Origin: Saprospiraceae bacterium
Lineage (GTDB): Bacteria > Bacteroidota > Bacteroidia > Chitinophagales > Saprospiraceae
Length of the DNA: 64,000 bases
Direction: 5' to 3'
Assembly: GCA_029263015.1 (NCBI GenBank)
Contig: JAJCYI010000184.1
Span: forward strand, 1,266-65,265
Made by a program: the position numbers and the translations under genes
Shown here: positions 24,447 to 34,130 of the stretch, piece by piece
Numbering within the stretch: the stretch's first letter is position 1
How the letters are laid out: each line of letters starts with the position of its first letter
Notes under the pieces: generated by a model
Seen by the model: only the letters and a program-made list of their open reading frames with translations
What the model was told of the DNA's origin: nothing
Database searches by the model: none

Positions 24447-25051
24447 CAGCTCAAAATTTTTTCTAAAATTAAAATAACTGACACGCCGGCACCAGCACCA
24501 GAAATGAACACGTTCCATTCACGGTGTTTGATCTTCCAAATTTGCAAAAGCAAAAAATAGAATCCAAACAACAAGGAAACGATCATTATCTGTCCCAGCT
24601 CGATGCCAATATTAAAAGCGAATAGTGGCTTCAAAATACTGCCCATTTCACCGAACAAACTCCGAAAGTAATTCGCAAACCCCATCCCGTGGATCAGTCC
24701 AAAAAACAAGGCAAGAAAATAATTAATCGAAATGTTTTCAAAAATGCCCTGAGTGCCTTTTTCTCTAATGTTATTCAAACTGGTCAGCAGGATGGTGATG
24801 GGGATGAGCAGTTCTACCAAGTCGGCTGGCACTCTAATAATATCCAATGCTGACAAGGCCAACGTAACGGAATGTCCAATCGTAAATGCAGTCACTAAGA
24901 TCAATACTTTTTTCCATTCTTTAAGTTTGTAAACGGCACAAAGGGTAATGATGAACAGAAGGTGGTCATATGCCTGTAAGTCGCTGATGTGGTCGAAACC
25001 GAGTTGGAGGAAGGCGGAAAATTCGGACATGGTGTGAAAGTAAAAAGGCAA
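24446..25051 (-). CDS. HupE/UreJ family membrane protein
   Basis: LQLGFDHISDLQAYDHLLFIITL...AFTIGHSVTLALS, multi-TM. The start is at 25051 or at M8 (25030). Confidence 0.85.
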   Translation of the reverse strand: MPFYFHTMSEFSAFLQLGFDHISDLQAYDHLLFIITLCAVYKLKEWKKVLILVTAFTIGHSVTLALSALDIIRVPADLVELLIPITILLTSLNNIREKGTQGIFENISINYFLALFFGLIHGMGFANYFRSLFGEMGSILKPLFAFNIGIELGQIMIVSLLFGFYFLLLQIWKIKHREWNVFISGAGAGVSVILILEKILS

Positions 25052-25069
25052 AAGTAATAAGTTAAGCCA

Positions 25070-25077
25070 TACATTTG
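25070..25077 (+). promoter_or_regulatory. TACATTTG, a match to the Bacteroidota -7 box TAnnTTTG, upstream of modA
   Basis: Motif match only, 7 nt before the ATG. Confidence 0.3.
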
Positions 25078-25084
25078 CTCTTCA

Positions 25085-25843
25085 ATGAACAAAGCAATTT
25101 TTTATTTTGCAATTTTTATTTTACATACAGCCTGCCATCAAGCCCGCAGTCCCCACCTCACCATTGCTACCGCCGCCAATGTCCAATTTGCCATGTTAGA
25201 AATAGCGCAGGCATTTACCAATAAAACAGGTATCGAATGCGACATCATTTTAAGTTCGTCGGGAAAACTGACAGCACAGATCAATGAGGGGGCGCCCTAT
25301 GATGTCTTTGTTTCAGCGGACATGAAGTACCCTGAAGAATTGTACCGATCTGGAAATACCACAGCACCGCCGGAGGTTTATGCTTTTGGAAAATTGGTGC
25401 TCTGGACGATGCGGGAAAACATGCAGTTAGACATGCAAATGTTGGTAGAGGAAAAGACCCACCACATTGCCATTGCCAACCCGAAAACAGCACCCTATGG
25501 CCGAGCGGCGGTTGAAGTCCTAAACCATTTCAAACTATATGGCCCTGTGCAGCATAAACTGGTATTTGGCGAAAGCATCGCGCAGACCAATCAGTTTGTG
25601 GTTTCAAGGACAGCTGATTTTGGCTTCACCGCCAAGTCGGTTGTTTCATCAAAAAAAATGATCGGGAAAGGGCAGTGGATAGAATTGCCAGATGAAGCTT
25701 ATTCCCAAATAGCACAGGGTGCAGTGATACTGAAAAATGGAGATGTCGAAAAGGCTGGCCAGTTTTATGAATATTTGTTTTCGGAAGAGGCAAAAGGGAT
25801 TTTGCAGAGGTTTGGATATGGGGGAATTGAGAATGAAAAATGA
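25085..25843 (+). CDS. modA: Molybdate ABC transporter substrate-binding protein
   Basis: 252 aa with TIATAANVQFAM...SSSGKLTAQI..GAPYDVFVSAD...IANPKTAPYGRAA. No modB or modC follows. Confidence 0.88.
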   Translation: MNKAIFYFAIFILHTACHQARSPHLTIATAANVQFAMLEIAQAFTNKTGIECDIILSSSGKLTAQINEGAPYDVFVSADMKYPEELYRSGNTTAPPEVYAFGKLVLWTMRENMQLDMQMLVEEKTHHIAIANPKTAPYGRAAVEVLNHFKLYGPVQHKLVFGESIAQTNQFVVSRTADFGFTAKSVVSSKKMIGKGQWIELPDEAYSQIAQGAVILKNGDVEKAGQFYEYLFSEEAKGILQRFGYGGIENEK

Positions 25844-25848
25844 AAAAC

Positions 25849-25968
25849 CATACTACTGGACATTAGACTGTAGACAATTTAGAACGTATAACTTTCTAAA
25901 AATCAACCACCTATGAACCTGCCGTCGTCTAATATCTATCGTCTAAATGTCTAATGTCCAGTAGCTTG
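25849..25968. mobile_element. MITE (120 bp), second copy, inserted at the modA stop codon
   Basis: Ends are CATACTACTGGACAT... and ...ATGTCCAGTAGCTTG. Perfect 9-bp duplication ATGAAAAAC at 25840-25848 and 25969-25977. Confidence 0.85.
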
Positions 25969-26027
25969 ATGAAAAACACAATATCATTCACAAAACACTG
26001 ATGATGATTTAATTATAAAAGAATTTA

Positions 26028-26189
26028 AGGGAGTTGGAAACAAATAACCTACCCGTTATGGCGAAGCTATTTTTTCTTGTAAAGGTGTTTGAAAAATTAA
26101 GCATAGCTGGGTTACGGTTCATTCTTAAAGCATCTTTAGAAGGGAAAAGAGCGAGTCAGAATGGGTAGGTTATTTGTTTCCAACTCCCT
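26028..26189. repeat. Foldback element FB-B (162 bp)
   Basis: 27-bp perfect terminal inverted arms AGGGAGTTGGAAACAAATAACCTACCC. Core is AAGCATAGCTGGGTTACGG. Ends 16 nt before the ykgJ-like ATG. Confidence 0.85.
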
Positions 26190-26204
26190 AACTCATAACT
26201 CAAA

Positions 26205-26690
26205 ATGAACTTTATTGAAGATTGGAAAAGAAAAAAGGAACAGGCTGGGCAGAGGGATCGGGAACTTGTCAAAAAGCTGAAAAGGAAAAAAGGAAAGCAA
26301 CTCGACGAGGCAGCCGATGGTGTTCATGAACAGGTTTTTAAAGATATTGATTGTTTGGAATGCGCAAGCTGTTGCACCAGTATCCCTCCAATTGTTAATA
26401 AAACAGATGCTGTAAGAATTTCCAAAAAATTGGGAATGAAGACCGTCGAGTTCGAGAAAGAATATTTAGTTGTGGATGAGGATGGTGATACGGTAATGAA
26501 TGTTTCGCCATGTCCGTTTTTGCAAACTGACAATGCCTGTCTTATTTATGAAATACGTCCAAAAGCTTGCCGCCAGTTCCCGCATACTGACAATATGGAT
26601 TTTTCAAAAAACATGAAACTGCATGTGATGAATGCAACCATCTGCCCAGGGGTGTTCCATATTTTGCGGAGGCTGGAATCGGTTGTTTGA
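26205..26690 (+). CDS. YkgJ family cysteine-cluster protein (CxxCxxCC)
   Basis: CLECASCCTS ... CPFL...CLIYEIRPKACRQFP. Confidence 0.8.
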   Translation: MNFIEDWKRKKEQAGQRDRELVKKLKRKKGKQLDEAADGVHEQVFKDIDCLECASCCTSIPPIVNKTDAVRISKKLGMKTVEFEKEYLVVDEDGDTVMNVSPCPFLQTDNACLIYEIRPKACRQFPHTDNMDFSKNMKLHVMNATICPGVFHILRRLESVV

Positions 26691-26700
26691 GAGTTTGTTT

Positions 26701-27765
26701 TTACCGTCTGGAAATATTCCCCTCCGAAGAAATTACCAATTTCCCATCAGGGAAATCAGTGGATGTCAGCGCTTTGATTTTTGAAATGGCCCTTTTCTCC
26801 GGGTCAATTTTAGGCCCATGTGTTTTCTGTTGATAGATAGGTGTAATCGCTCCGCTAACGAAGGTGCCATCTTTCTGAGTGGTTAGCTTTATGATCGGGG
26901 CGATACCTGTAGATCCTCTTAAGTTGAAACGGCCATAGGTGCAGAAATTGCCAAGGCTGTAAGTTATAAAACGGTCTTTGTACAGTTCAATGGAACGGGT
27001 AACGTGTGGGCCGTGACCGAATACGACATCTGCCCCAGCATCAATAACAGCATGGGCAAATTTGTGAACGTTTCCTCTGTTTTCTCCAAGGTAGGTTTCT
27101 GTTTTCTTAGGTACATTTTGGTGGCTTGAACCCTCTGCACCTCCGTGGAAGGAGACGATCACGATGTCGCATTTAGATTCCAAAGAAGCAACGATTTCCT
27201 TTGCCCTGGTTATGTTGCGCACATCACAAGTACCCACATTTGGAGCGAAAGCAGCGAAGCCATAGGAAGTTCCACTTCTTTCAAAAATAGTGGTCTCGTC
27301 AGTTCCAGCCAAACCGGCGTATGCTATCCCTGCATTCTTGAGAACCGCTTTTGTGCCCGTTTGTCCGGCTACACCAAAATCGCGAGAGTGGTTGTTGGCC
27401 AAGCTGACCACATCAAACCCAGCGTTGGAAAGATGTTTAACATAGCTTGCTGGCGAGCGGAACACATAACATTTGCTCATGTCCCTGCATCTTTTGGCAG
27501 TCCCGCCCCCGTCGTACATCGTTCCTTCCAGGTTGCCGAAAGTGACGTCTGCATTTTTCAAGATGCTGTTTACCTCTTTGAACAGGTTGTCGCCGCCATT
27601 GGTCGGCAGGTAACTTTTTGAGGGGTAATTGGTGCCCAACATCATATCGCCAACACCAACGATGGTTACATTTTGTCCAAAAGTAAAAGGACTATGAAGG
27701 ATAAAAACCGCAATAAAAAAAAGACTTCCACAACGGAAGCCTTTTAGTGTATTTTTTAAATGCAT
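26701..27765 (-). CDS. CapA family (PGA_cap metallophosphatase-like) protein, secreted
   Basis: VGDMMLGT, ANNHSRDFG and SFHGGAEG motifs. Signal peptide starts at MHLKNTLKGF... (the track ORF begins at an upstream TTG). Confidence 0.85.
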   Translation of the reverse strand: MHLKNTLKGFRCGSLFFIAVFILHSPFTFGQNVTIVGVGDMMLGTNYPSKSYLPTNGGDNLFKEVNSILKNADVTFGNLEGTMYDGGGTAKRCRDMSKCYVFRSPASYVKHLSNAGFDVVSLANNHSRDFGVAGQTGTKAVLKNAGIAYAGLAGTDETTIFERSGTSYGFAAFAPNVGTCDVRNITRAKEIVASLESKCDIVIVSFHGGAEGSSHQNVPKKTETYLGENRGNVHKFAHAVIDAGADVVFGHGPHVTRSIELYKDRFITYSLGNFCTYGRFNLRGSTGIAPIIKLTTQKDGTFVSGAITPIYQQKTHGPKIDPEKRAISKIKALTSTDFPDGKLVISSEGNISRR

Positions 27766-27785
27766 AAATTTTATTTCATAAATCA

Positions 27786-28772
27786 TCAATCAAACGATTG
27801 GTTCTCTAATTCTGCCAAACGGACCAGTTCTTGGTATTCTTTTGGCGAAAGTCCGTCCAGCACATAATCAATTGGGTTTATTGCTTTGCCTTTATAATGG
27901 ACTTCGTAGTGGCAATGAGGCGCAGTGGAAGCACCGGTGCTGCCGACTTTTCCTATTTCTTGTCCTTTTTTGATGACCTGTCCAACCTTTACGTCAGCAG
28001 ATGACATATGGCCGTACAATGTCTGATAACCATAGCCGTGGTCGATAATGACGTGGAGGCCGTAGCTCCTTCTGCCGCTGTTCTTTACCTTGACAACTTT
28101 GCCGTCTCCAGTGGACTGAATGGGTGTGCCGGATTTTGCACTGAAATCTATGCCGGCATGCATTTTTCTGATTTTGTAGATTGGATGGATCCTGTAACCA
28201 AAGCCAGAGAGCAGTTGCACCCTCCTGTTGAGTTTGTCAGCACGGATAGGCTTGATGGATGGAATGGAAGCGAGCATGTTCTCTTTGTCGGCAGCCATTT
28301 TTTCAATTTCGTCAAGCGACTTGGACTGGACGACCATCTGGCGTTTGAGCTTCTCAGCTTTCTGGCGCAGTTGTGCCATCATTTTACCAGACTGTCGGAA
28401 ATTCTGAAGTTCAGCATAAGGTTCGTGTCCACCGACACCACCTTCCCAAATGTTTTCATCAATCGGGTCCATTTCCAGAACCATGCGGTGAACCCACCGG
28501 TCACGTTCCTGAATGTTAGTTAATGCGCTGGACATATGATTGAGCAACTCTTGCATTTCCATGTTTTCGGAAACCAAGTGGGAAATCTCATCATCTTTTA
28601 GCTGAATCTGTGGAGAGGGGAAAAAACGCCACAGTAAAGAACCGAAAAGGATACCTGAAATGAGCATGGCAGATGCGATCCCGAAGATGCGGCCAGTCTT
28701 TTCTTTTGTAGTGAGCTTGACCTTTTCGTACTGTAGTGTTTGCTTATTATAAAAGTATTTTTCTCGTCTCAT
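27786..28772 (-). CDS. M23 family metallopeptidase with N-terminal TM and coiled coil
   Basis: HAGIDF ... GSTGASTAPHCHYEV. Confidence 0.9.
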   Translation of the reverse strand: MRREKYFYNKQTLQYEKVKLTTKEKTGRIFGIASAMLISGILFGSLLWRFFPSPQIQLKDDEISHLVSENMEMQELLNHMSSALTNIQERDRWVHRMVLEMDPIDENIWEGGVGGHEPYAELQNFRQSGKMMAQLRQKAEKLKRQMVVQSKSLDEIEKMAADKENMLASIPSIKPIRADKLNRRVQLLSGFGYRIHPIYKIRKMHAGIDFSAKSGTPIQSTGDGKVVKVKNSGRRSYGLHVIIDHGYGYQTLYGHMSSADVKVGQVIKKGQEIGKVGSTGASTAPHCHYEVHYKGKAINPIDYVLDGLSPKEYQELVRLAELENQSFD

Positions 28773-29300
28773 ATTGTTCTGTTGTTAGCCAATATCCTAA
28801 CTTTGCCGTCTTTCTGAATGACCGCTAAAAGAAGCGGGCGTTGCAAAAAAAGCAAAGCTGGGGCGTTTCCCTCCATTAGGAAACAGTGAAACTGAAAATG
28901 TTCACGTGTTTTGGACTAAGACGAACGACTAGTTTGTTTTTCTAAGAACTTAAAATAAACGCAAAATCCTTTCTATATATCAGTAAGTTGGAATCTTCTC
29001 TTTGTGTATGCTTTCTTCTCGTGTCCTTCGTCCCGGTTATAACGGCATCGTTCTTAAAAGCGACGGCAAAGATGGAAAATAATTTTCTAATGAGGAAAAC
29101 ATGTTGATAACTTTTCATTTGAGCAAACGTTTAACGAAGCTATCATTTCCAAATGTTATTGCCTTTCAGATAGTTACGAAAAAATAATAAAAACATTTGT
29201 TAAAATATAATATTTAAATATCTGGGAAAAAGTAATTTAATTTAGCAAAATTTCCTATCTCACATCTCCTCAAAATCCAAATTTTCGAACATTAAACAAT

Positions 29301-31943
29301 ATGACAGCAAAAGAAATAAGGCGCACTTTCCTCGATTTTTTCCAATCAAAACAACATAAAATAGTCCCTTCTGCACCCATCGTGAACAAGGATGACCCGA
29401 CGTTGATGTTCACAAATGCAGGGATGAACCAGTTCAAAGACTTTTTCCTCGGCAACCAAGTTCCCGACGTCCGTCGGATAGCAGACACACAAAAATGCCT
29501 CCGTGTTTCGGGCAAACACAACGACCTGGAGGAAGTTGGTCGAGATGGCACCCACCACACTATGTTCGAAATGTTGGGCAACTGGTCGATCGGGGATTAT
29601 TTCAAGAAAGAGGCAATCGAATGGTCGTGGGAATTATTGACCAAAGTCTATGGCCTGCCTGCTGACCGGTTGTATGCCACAATATTTGAAGGTGACAACA
29701 GCGAGAACTTAGAGACTGATAATGAAGCCAGGGGACATTGGCGGGAATGGCTGCCGGATTCCCACATTATCAATGGGAATAAAAAGGACAACTTTTGGGA
29801 AATGGGCGAACAAGGCCCCTGTGGCCCCTGCTCGGAAATCCATATAGACATGCGCTCTGAGGCGGAGCGGGCAAAACTCGACGGCGCAACATTGGTCAAC
29901 AAAGACCACCCAGAAGTAGTGGAGATTTGGAATAATGTGTTTATCCAGTTCAACCGCAAAGCTGATGGCTCGTTGGAAGAATTGCCCGAAAAACACGTGG
30001 ACACCGGCATGGGGTTCGAACGCCTGACGATGGTGATCCAGGGCAAGACTGCCACTTATGATACGGACATTTTTACACCTATCATTGAATATGTAGAAAA
30101 ATCCAGCGGAATTAAATATACTGGCAAATACCCTGAATCACCGTCAGTCGCTGACCATCAGCCGTCAGCCCTCTTAACCGACATAGCCATGCGGGTGGTG
30201 GCCGACCATATCAGAGCAGTAACTTTTGCCGTGGCCGATGGGCAGTTGCCAGGGAATACTGGGGCTGGATATGTGATACGCCGCATACTTCGCCGGGCAG
30301 TCCGTTATTATTATTCTTTCTTAAATATCAAAGAGCCATTCCTCTACAAGCTGGTTCCGATGTTGGCTGAAATGTTCGGGGAGGTTTTCCCAGAGGTAAA
30401 AGCACAGGAAACGCAATTGGCGAAAATCATACAAGGTGAGGAGAAGGCATTCTTGAACACCCTTGAAACTGGCTTAAAGCGTTTTGCCGAATTGAAAGTA
30501 ACTAACAATACCATCAATGGTGAAGACGCATTTGAGTTATACGATACATTCGGCTTTCCGATTGATCTTACGAGGTTGATGGCCGAGGAAAAGGGTTGGA
30601 AGGTCGATGAGGCAGGATTCAATAAATCGATGCAAGGACAGAAAGAACGTGCCCGTGCTGCTGCTGCCAAAGAAACGAGCGACTGGCAAACCTTGTCAGA
30701 TGGGGAAGTGGAATTTGTTGGTTATGATGATTTGGTGGTCTCGGATGCAAAAGTCCTTCGCTACCGCACTGTAACCACTAAAAAAAGCAAACGCTTTGAG
30801 GTGGTGTTGGACCGCACACCTTTTTATGCTGAAAGCGGAGGCCAGCACGGTGATAAAGGTTGGCTGGTGATCGATGGCGAGCAAGTGAAAGTAGTGGACA
30901 CGCAAAAGGAAAACGATTTGATCATTCATGTGCTCGATAAACTTCCGTCCAACCTTACCGAGAAATTAGAAGCGAAAGTGGATGTCAGAAAACGCCAGGC
31001 TGTCTCCAGCAACCATTCTGCAGTACATCTCATGCATGCAGCACTCCATAAGGTTATTGGAAAGAACGCATTGCAAAAAGGCCAGGATGTGGACGATAAG
31101 CGTTTGCGTTTTGATTTCTCCCATTTCCAGAAAGTTACGGATGAAGAATTGCGCGAAGTCGAGCAAATGGTGAATGAGAAAATCCGCCAGAATATCCAAT
31201 TGGAAGAGGTGCGCCACATGCCCATCGAGGAGGCAAAACAGACTGGCGCCATGATGCTTTTTGGTGAAAAATACGGCGAGACCGTTCGGGTGGTCACATT
31301 TGATAAAAACTTTAGCCAGGAACTTTGTGGGGGCACACATGTGCAGGCGACAGGCGAGATCGGACTTTTCAAAATACTCAGTGAGAGTGGCGTAGCGGCA
31401 GGTATTCGGCGCATGGAGGCAGTGACTGCTGACCATGCTGAGGCATATCTGCTCGGCCAGCTCGACGAGTTGAATAATGTTCGAGACCTTTTTAAAGGGG
31501 CGCAAGATGCGGTGAAGGCTGTCACCACCCTGCAAGAGGAAAACAAAAGCCTGAAAAAGCAGGTCGAAAAATTACTGGCAGCTCAAGCAGGCTCATTAAA
31601 AGATGACCTCAAGAACAAAGTAGTACAAGTCAACGGCATTAATTTCATAGCGGCCAAACTGCCTTTACAAGATGCCAACGCCATCAAGACCTTGGCCTAC
31701 CAACTGGAAAGTGAACTCGGTGACGCTTGCCTTGTCTTTGCTGCTGAGGTAAAAGAAAAACCGCTCATTTCCATCCGCATCAGTGAGTCGCTCACCGACA
31801 AACTGAATGCTGGCAGCATGGTGCGGGAACTGGCCAAAGAAATAAAAGGCGGTGGCGGCGGACAAGCCTTTTTCGCTACAGCGGGAGGGAAGGATGTGAG
31901 TGGTTTGGATAGGGTGGTGGAGAAGGCAAAGGAGATGGTGTGA
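29301..31943 (+). CDS. alaS: Alanine--tRNA ligase
   Basis: 880 aa with FTNAGMNQFKD, HHTMFEMLGNWS, GFERL and the editing-domain HSAVHLMH...CGGTH. Confidence 0.97.
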   Translation: MTAKEIRRTFLDFFQSKQHKIVPSAPIVNKDDPTLMFTNAGMNQFKDFFLGNQVPDVRRIADTQKCLRVSGKHNDLEEVGRDGTHHTMFEMLGNWSIGDYFKKEAIEWSWELLTKVYGLPADRLYATIFEGDNSENLETDNEARGHWREWLPDSHIINGNKKDNFWEMGEQGPCGPCSEIHIDMRSEAERAKLDGATLVNKDHPEVVEIWNNVFIQFNRKADGSLEELPEKHVDTGMGFERLTMVIQGKTATYDTDIFTPIIEYVEKSSGIKYTGKYPESPSVADHQPSALLTDIAMRVVADHIRAVTFAVADGQLPGNTGAGYVIRRILRRAVRYYYSFLNIKEPFLYKLVPMLAEMFGEVFPEVKAQETQLAKIIQGEEKAFLNTLETGLKRFAELKVTNNTINGEDAFELYDTFGFPIDLTRLMAEEKGWKVDEAGFNKSMQGQKERARAAAAKETSDWQTLSDGEVEFVGYDDLVVSDAKVLRYRTVTTKKSKRFEVVLDRTPFYAESGGQHGDKGWLVIDGEQVKVVDTQKENDLIIHVLDKLPSNLTEKLEAKVDVRKRQAVSSNHSAVHLMHAALHKVIGKNALQKGQDVDDKRLRFDFSHFQKVTDEELREVEQMVNEKIRQNIQLEEVRHMPIEEAKQTGAMMLFGEKYGETVRVVTFDKNFSQELCGGTHVQATGEIGLFKILSESGVAAGIRRMEAVTADHAEAYLLGQLDELNNVRDLFKGAQDAVKAVTTLQEENKSLKKQVEKLLAAQAGSLKDDLKNKVVQVNGINFIAAKLPLQDANAIKTLAYQLESELGDACLVFAAEVKEKPLISIRISESLTDKLNAGSMVRELAKEIKGGGGGQAFFATAGGKDVSGLDRVVEKAKEMV

Positions 31944-31971
31944 CAGGCGTAACCGGAAGTTGTACTTCTGG

Positions 31972-33243
31972 CTACGTGCCCCACAGCCTCGCCGCTCTCG
32001 CATGTGCCTGAAACGAAAACAGCAAGACACCTGCAGCCACCACACATACATAAATCAGTGCCCATTCCATTTTTCCGATTATCGCTAAGGCGAAAAAAAG
32101 CAGGGCAAACCATTCCCGTTTTCCGAGCAGTTCAGCTGTTTGCATCAGGCGGTCGAACCAACCACTTCCTTCCCGGAATCCGTATTCCACAGTCAGCAGT
32201 TTTCCGTCCTTGTTGAAGCGTTTGTAATAAAGGATAATGCTCCCCATCATACAAAGGGACAGCACCAAAGCAGCTATACTGGCCATTTTCTCAAATGGTG
32301 AAATGCCATCTCGGAACAGCCCAATCAGGAATCCTACCAAGGCTGCCAGATATGCGAGGTTATCGCACATAAAGTCAAGCCATTTTCCATAGAGCGAACT
32401 TTTGAATTTGAGCCGCGCCAGTTCACCGTCTACCCCGTCGAGTATGGAGGTGAGGTGAAACAATGCCCCGCCGACCAGAAACCCCCAATAGCCACCTTGT
32501 GCAAATATGTACGCGGTGATCAAACTTGGTATGACCAGCACCAAAGTTACCTGATTGGGCGTGATGTGGGTTTGCGAAAGCAAGCGGCTGAACAAGGTGG
32601 AGACGGGGCGGTTTAAATTACGGGAAACCCAGCCGTCGTTGGGTTTGGTGAGGTTTCGGATAAGTGATTTCTCAATTTTTTGCACATCAGCCTGACTATT
32701 GACTGCGTGGCAAAGTAGAGAGGAGGAATACGAGCGTAAAAATCTGTTTTTAGAGAGCGTGTTTTCGCCGGACAGTATCGTTGTAATTTTGGTTTTACTC
32801 AGAAATTTAGGGCCGAACAATACCAGTTTTTGGTTTTTAATGGTGAGAAGCTGGTGAGGATTTCGGAGGTTTTTGTCCAGCATCTTTTTCAGTAACAAGG
32901 GGTCAATGACCAATGGCTCGGAAAGAAAGAACAAGCCATTGCTGGGGGGCAGTTTGAGGTAACTTTGGAATACTTTTTCCAGATTGCTATTTTCAACAAT
33001 GGAAAAAGTAAGCGACCAGGACGGGGCATTTTTTATCAAGCAGCGAAGCTTTTCTGCATCTTCGTTCGCTAAAACGGTGATATGTTCCACCCCAGCTTTT
33101 TCGAGGGCACGAAAGCTGCGTTCCATGATGGTCAAGCCTAGGATTTCATATTTGATGGGGTTGAAAGAACGGTTGGAGTTTGAGGGAGGAGAGAGGGCGA
33201 TGATTGCTTCGAGTCGAGAGAGGCTTGTGTTTTGCATGGACAA
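31972..33243 (-). CDS. Degenerate nucleotidyltransferase-like domain fused to an intact CDP-alcohol phosphatidyltransferase
   Basis: 423 aa with DGELARx8GKWLDFMCD (complete DGx2ARx8Gx3Dx3D). The N-terminal domain aligns to the 808-aa paralog, but the G-rich loop is replaced by IIALSPPSNSNRSF. Confidence 0.75.
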   Translation of the reverse strand: MSMQNTSLSRLEAIIALSPPSNSNRSFNPIKYEILGLTIMERSFRALEKAGVEHITVLANEDAEKLRCLIKNAPSWSLTFSIVENSNLEKVFQSYLKLPPSNGLFFLSEPLVIDPLLLKKMLDKNLRNPHQLLTIKNQKLVLFGPKFLSKTKITTILSGENTLSKNRFLRSYSSSLLCHAVNSQADVQKIEKSLIRNLTKPNDGWVSRNLNRPVSTLFSRLLSQTHITPNQVTLVLVIPSLITAYIFAQGGYWGFLVGGALFHLTSILDGVDGELARLKFKSSLYGKWLDFMCDNLAYLAALVGFLIGLFRDGISPFEKMASIAALVLSLCMMGSIILYYKRFNKDGKLLTVEYGFREGSGWFDRLMQTAELLGKREWFALLFFALAIIGKMEWALIYVCVVAAGVLLFSFQAHARAARLWGT

Positions 33244-33461
33244 ACAGGATTTGGTTAATTGATTTTACCTTTTTCCTGAATTGTCTTTGCGAAGAACTTA
33301 TTTATGACTTGTCACTTAAAGAGCAGCCTTCTTGATTTTGCGTTGGTTATAAGTTGTCAACTTTATCATAGTTATGAGGTTTGCCGAAGAATAATAATTC
33401 AGAACAAGGTCGCCCCGATTGGATCGTCCGATAGGGAATAAAAAACATCTTTACCACTCCA

Positions 33462-33469
33462 TACCTTTG
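33462..33469 (+). promoter_or_regulatory. TACCTTTG, a match to the -7 box TAnnTTTG, upstream of the TlpA-like gene
   Basis: Motif match 15 nt before the ATG. Confidence 0.3.
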
Positions 33470-33484
33470 CATCAATTTTAGACT

Positions 33485-34039
33485 ATGAAAAATAATGTAA
33501 TACTCGCTTTCTCTGCATTTATGCTGTTTGTGGCATCCAGTTGCGGTATGCTCCAACGTAGCGTTGATAAACCCCAGGCTGAAAAGGAGATAGGCATTAA
33601 AGTCGGTGACATAGCTCCCAACATTGACCTCGATGACTCCGAGGGTTTCAACCGACAACTAAAAGATTTGCGGGGGAAAATGGTGCTGATCGATTTTTGG
33701 GCCAGTTGGTGTGCGCCATGCAGGGCAGAAAACCGATTGATCGTGAGCGTTTATCATCAGTTCAAAGACACCGTTTTCAAAAATGGCGATGGCTTTGAAG
33801 TGTTCAGTGTTTCATTGGACGGGAAAAAGGACAAGTGGGTAAGGGCCATCGAAAAGGATGGTTTAGCTTGGCCTAACCATGTATCAGAACTGGACGGGTT
33901 CAATTCATATATTATGCCGTTGTACGAGCTAAAGTCCATTCCCGCAACCTGGCTGATTGATGGGAATGGCGTGATCCTGAAAGTTGATCCTGGTGCAAAT
34001 GACCTGAAGAGGCTGCTTAATAAATGGACTGTGGAGTAG
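33485..34039 (+). CDS. TlpA/ResA-like thiol:disulfide oxidoreductase (thioredoxin fold lipoprotein)
   Basis: 184 aa with WASWCAPC and a lipoprotein-like signal peptide (...VASSCG). Confidence 0.85.
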   Translation: MKNNVILAFSAFMLFVASSCGMLQRSVDKPQAEKEIGIKVGDIAPNIDLDDSEGFNRQLKDLRGKMVLIDFWASWCAPCRAENRLIVSVYHQFKDTVFKNGDGFEVFSVSLDGKKDKWVRAIEKDGLAWPNHVSELDGFNSYIMPLYELKSIPATWLIDGNGVILKVDPGANDLKRLLNKWTVE

Positions 34040-34043
34040 CAGG

Positions 34044-34120
<77 letters not shown>

Positions 34121-34130
34121 GTCTTCAATC

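Noticed and set aside
28801-29071. 10-bp inverted repeat CTTTGCCGTC / GACGGCAAAG about 250 nt apart in the long M23-alaS spacer; possible larger foldback relative
   Set aside because: By my estimate about 30 such 10-bp inverted matches within 500 nt are expected by chance in 64 kb. Internal similarity to the FB family is weak.
28773-29300. Leader or T-box-like element upstream of alaS
   Set aside because: No specifier or T-box sequence recognised. T-boxes are not expected in Bacteroidota.
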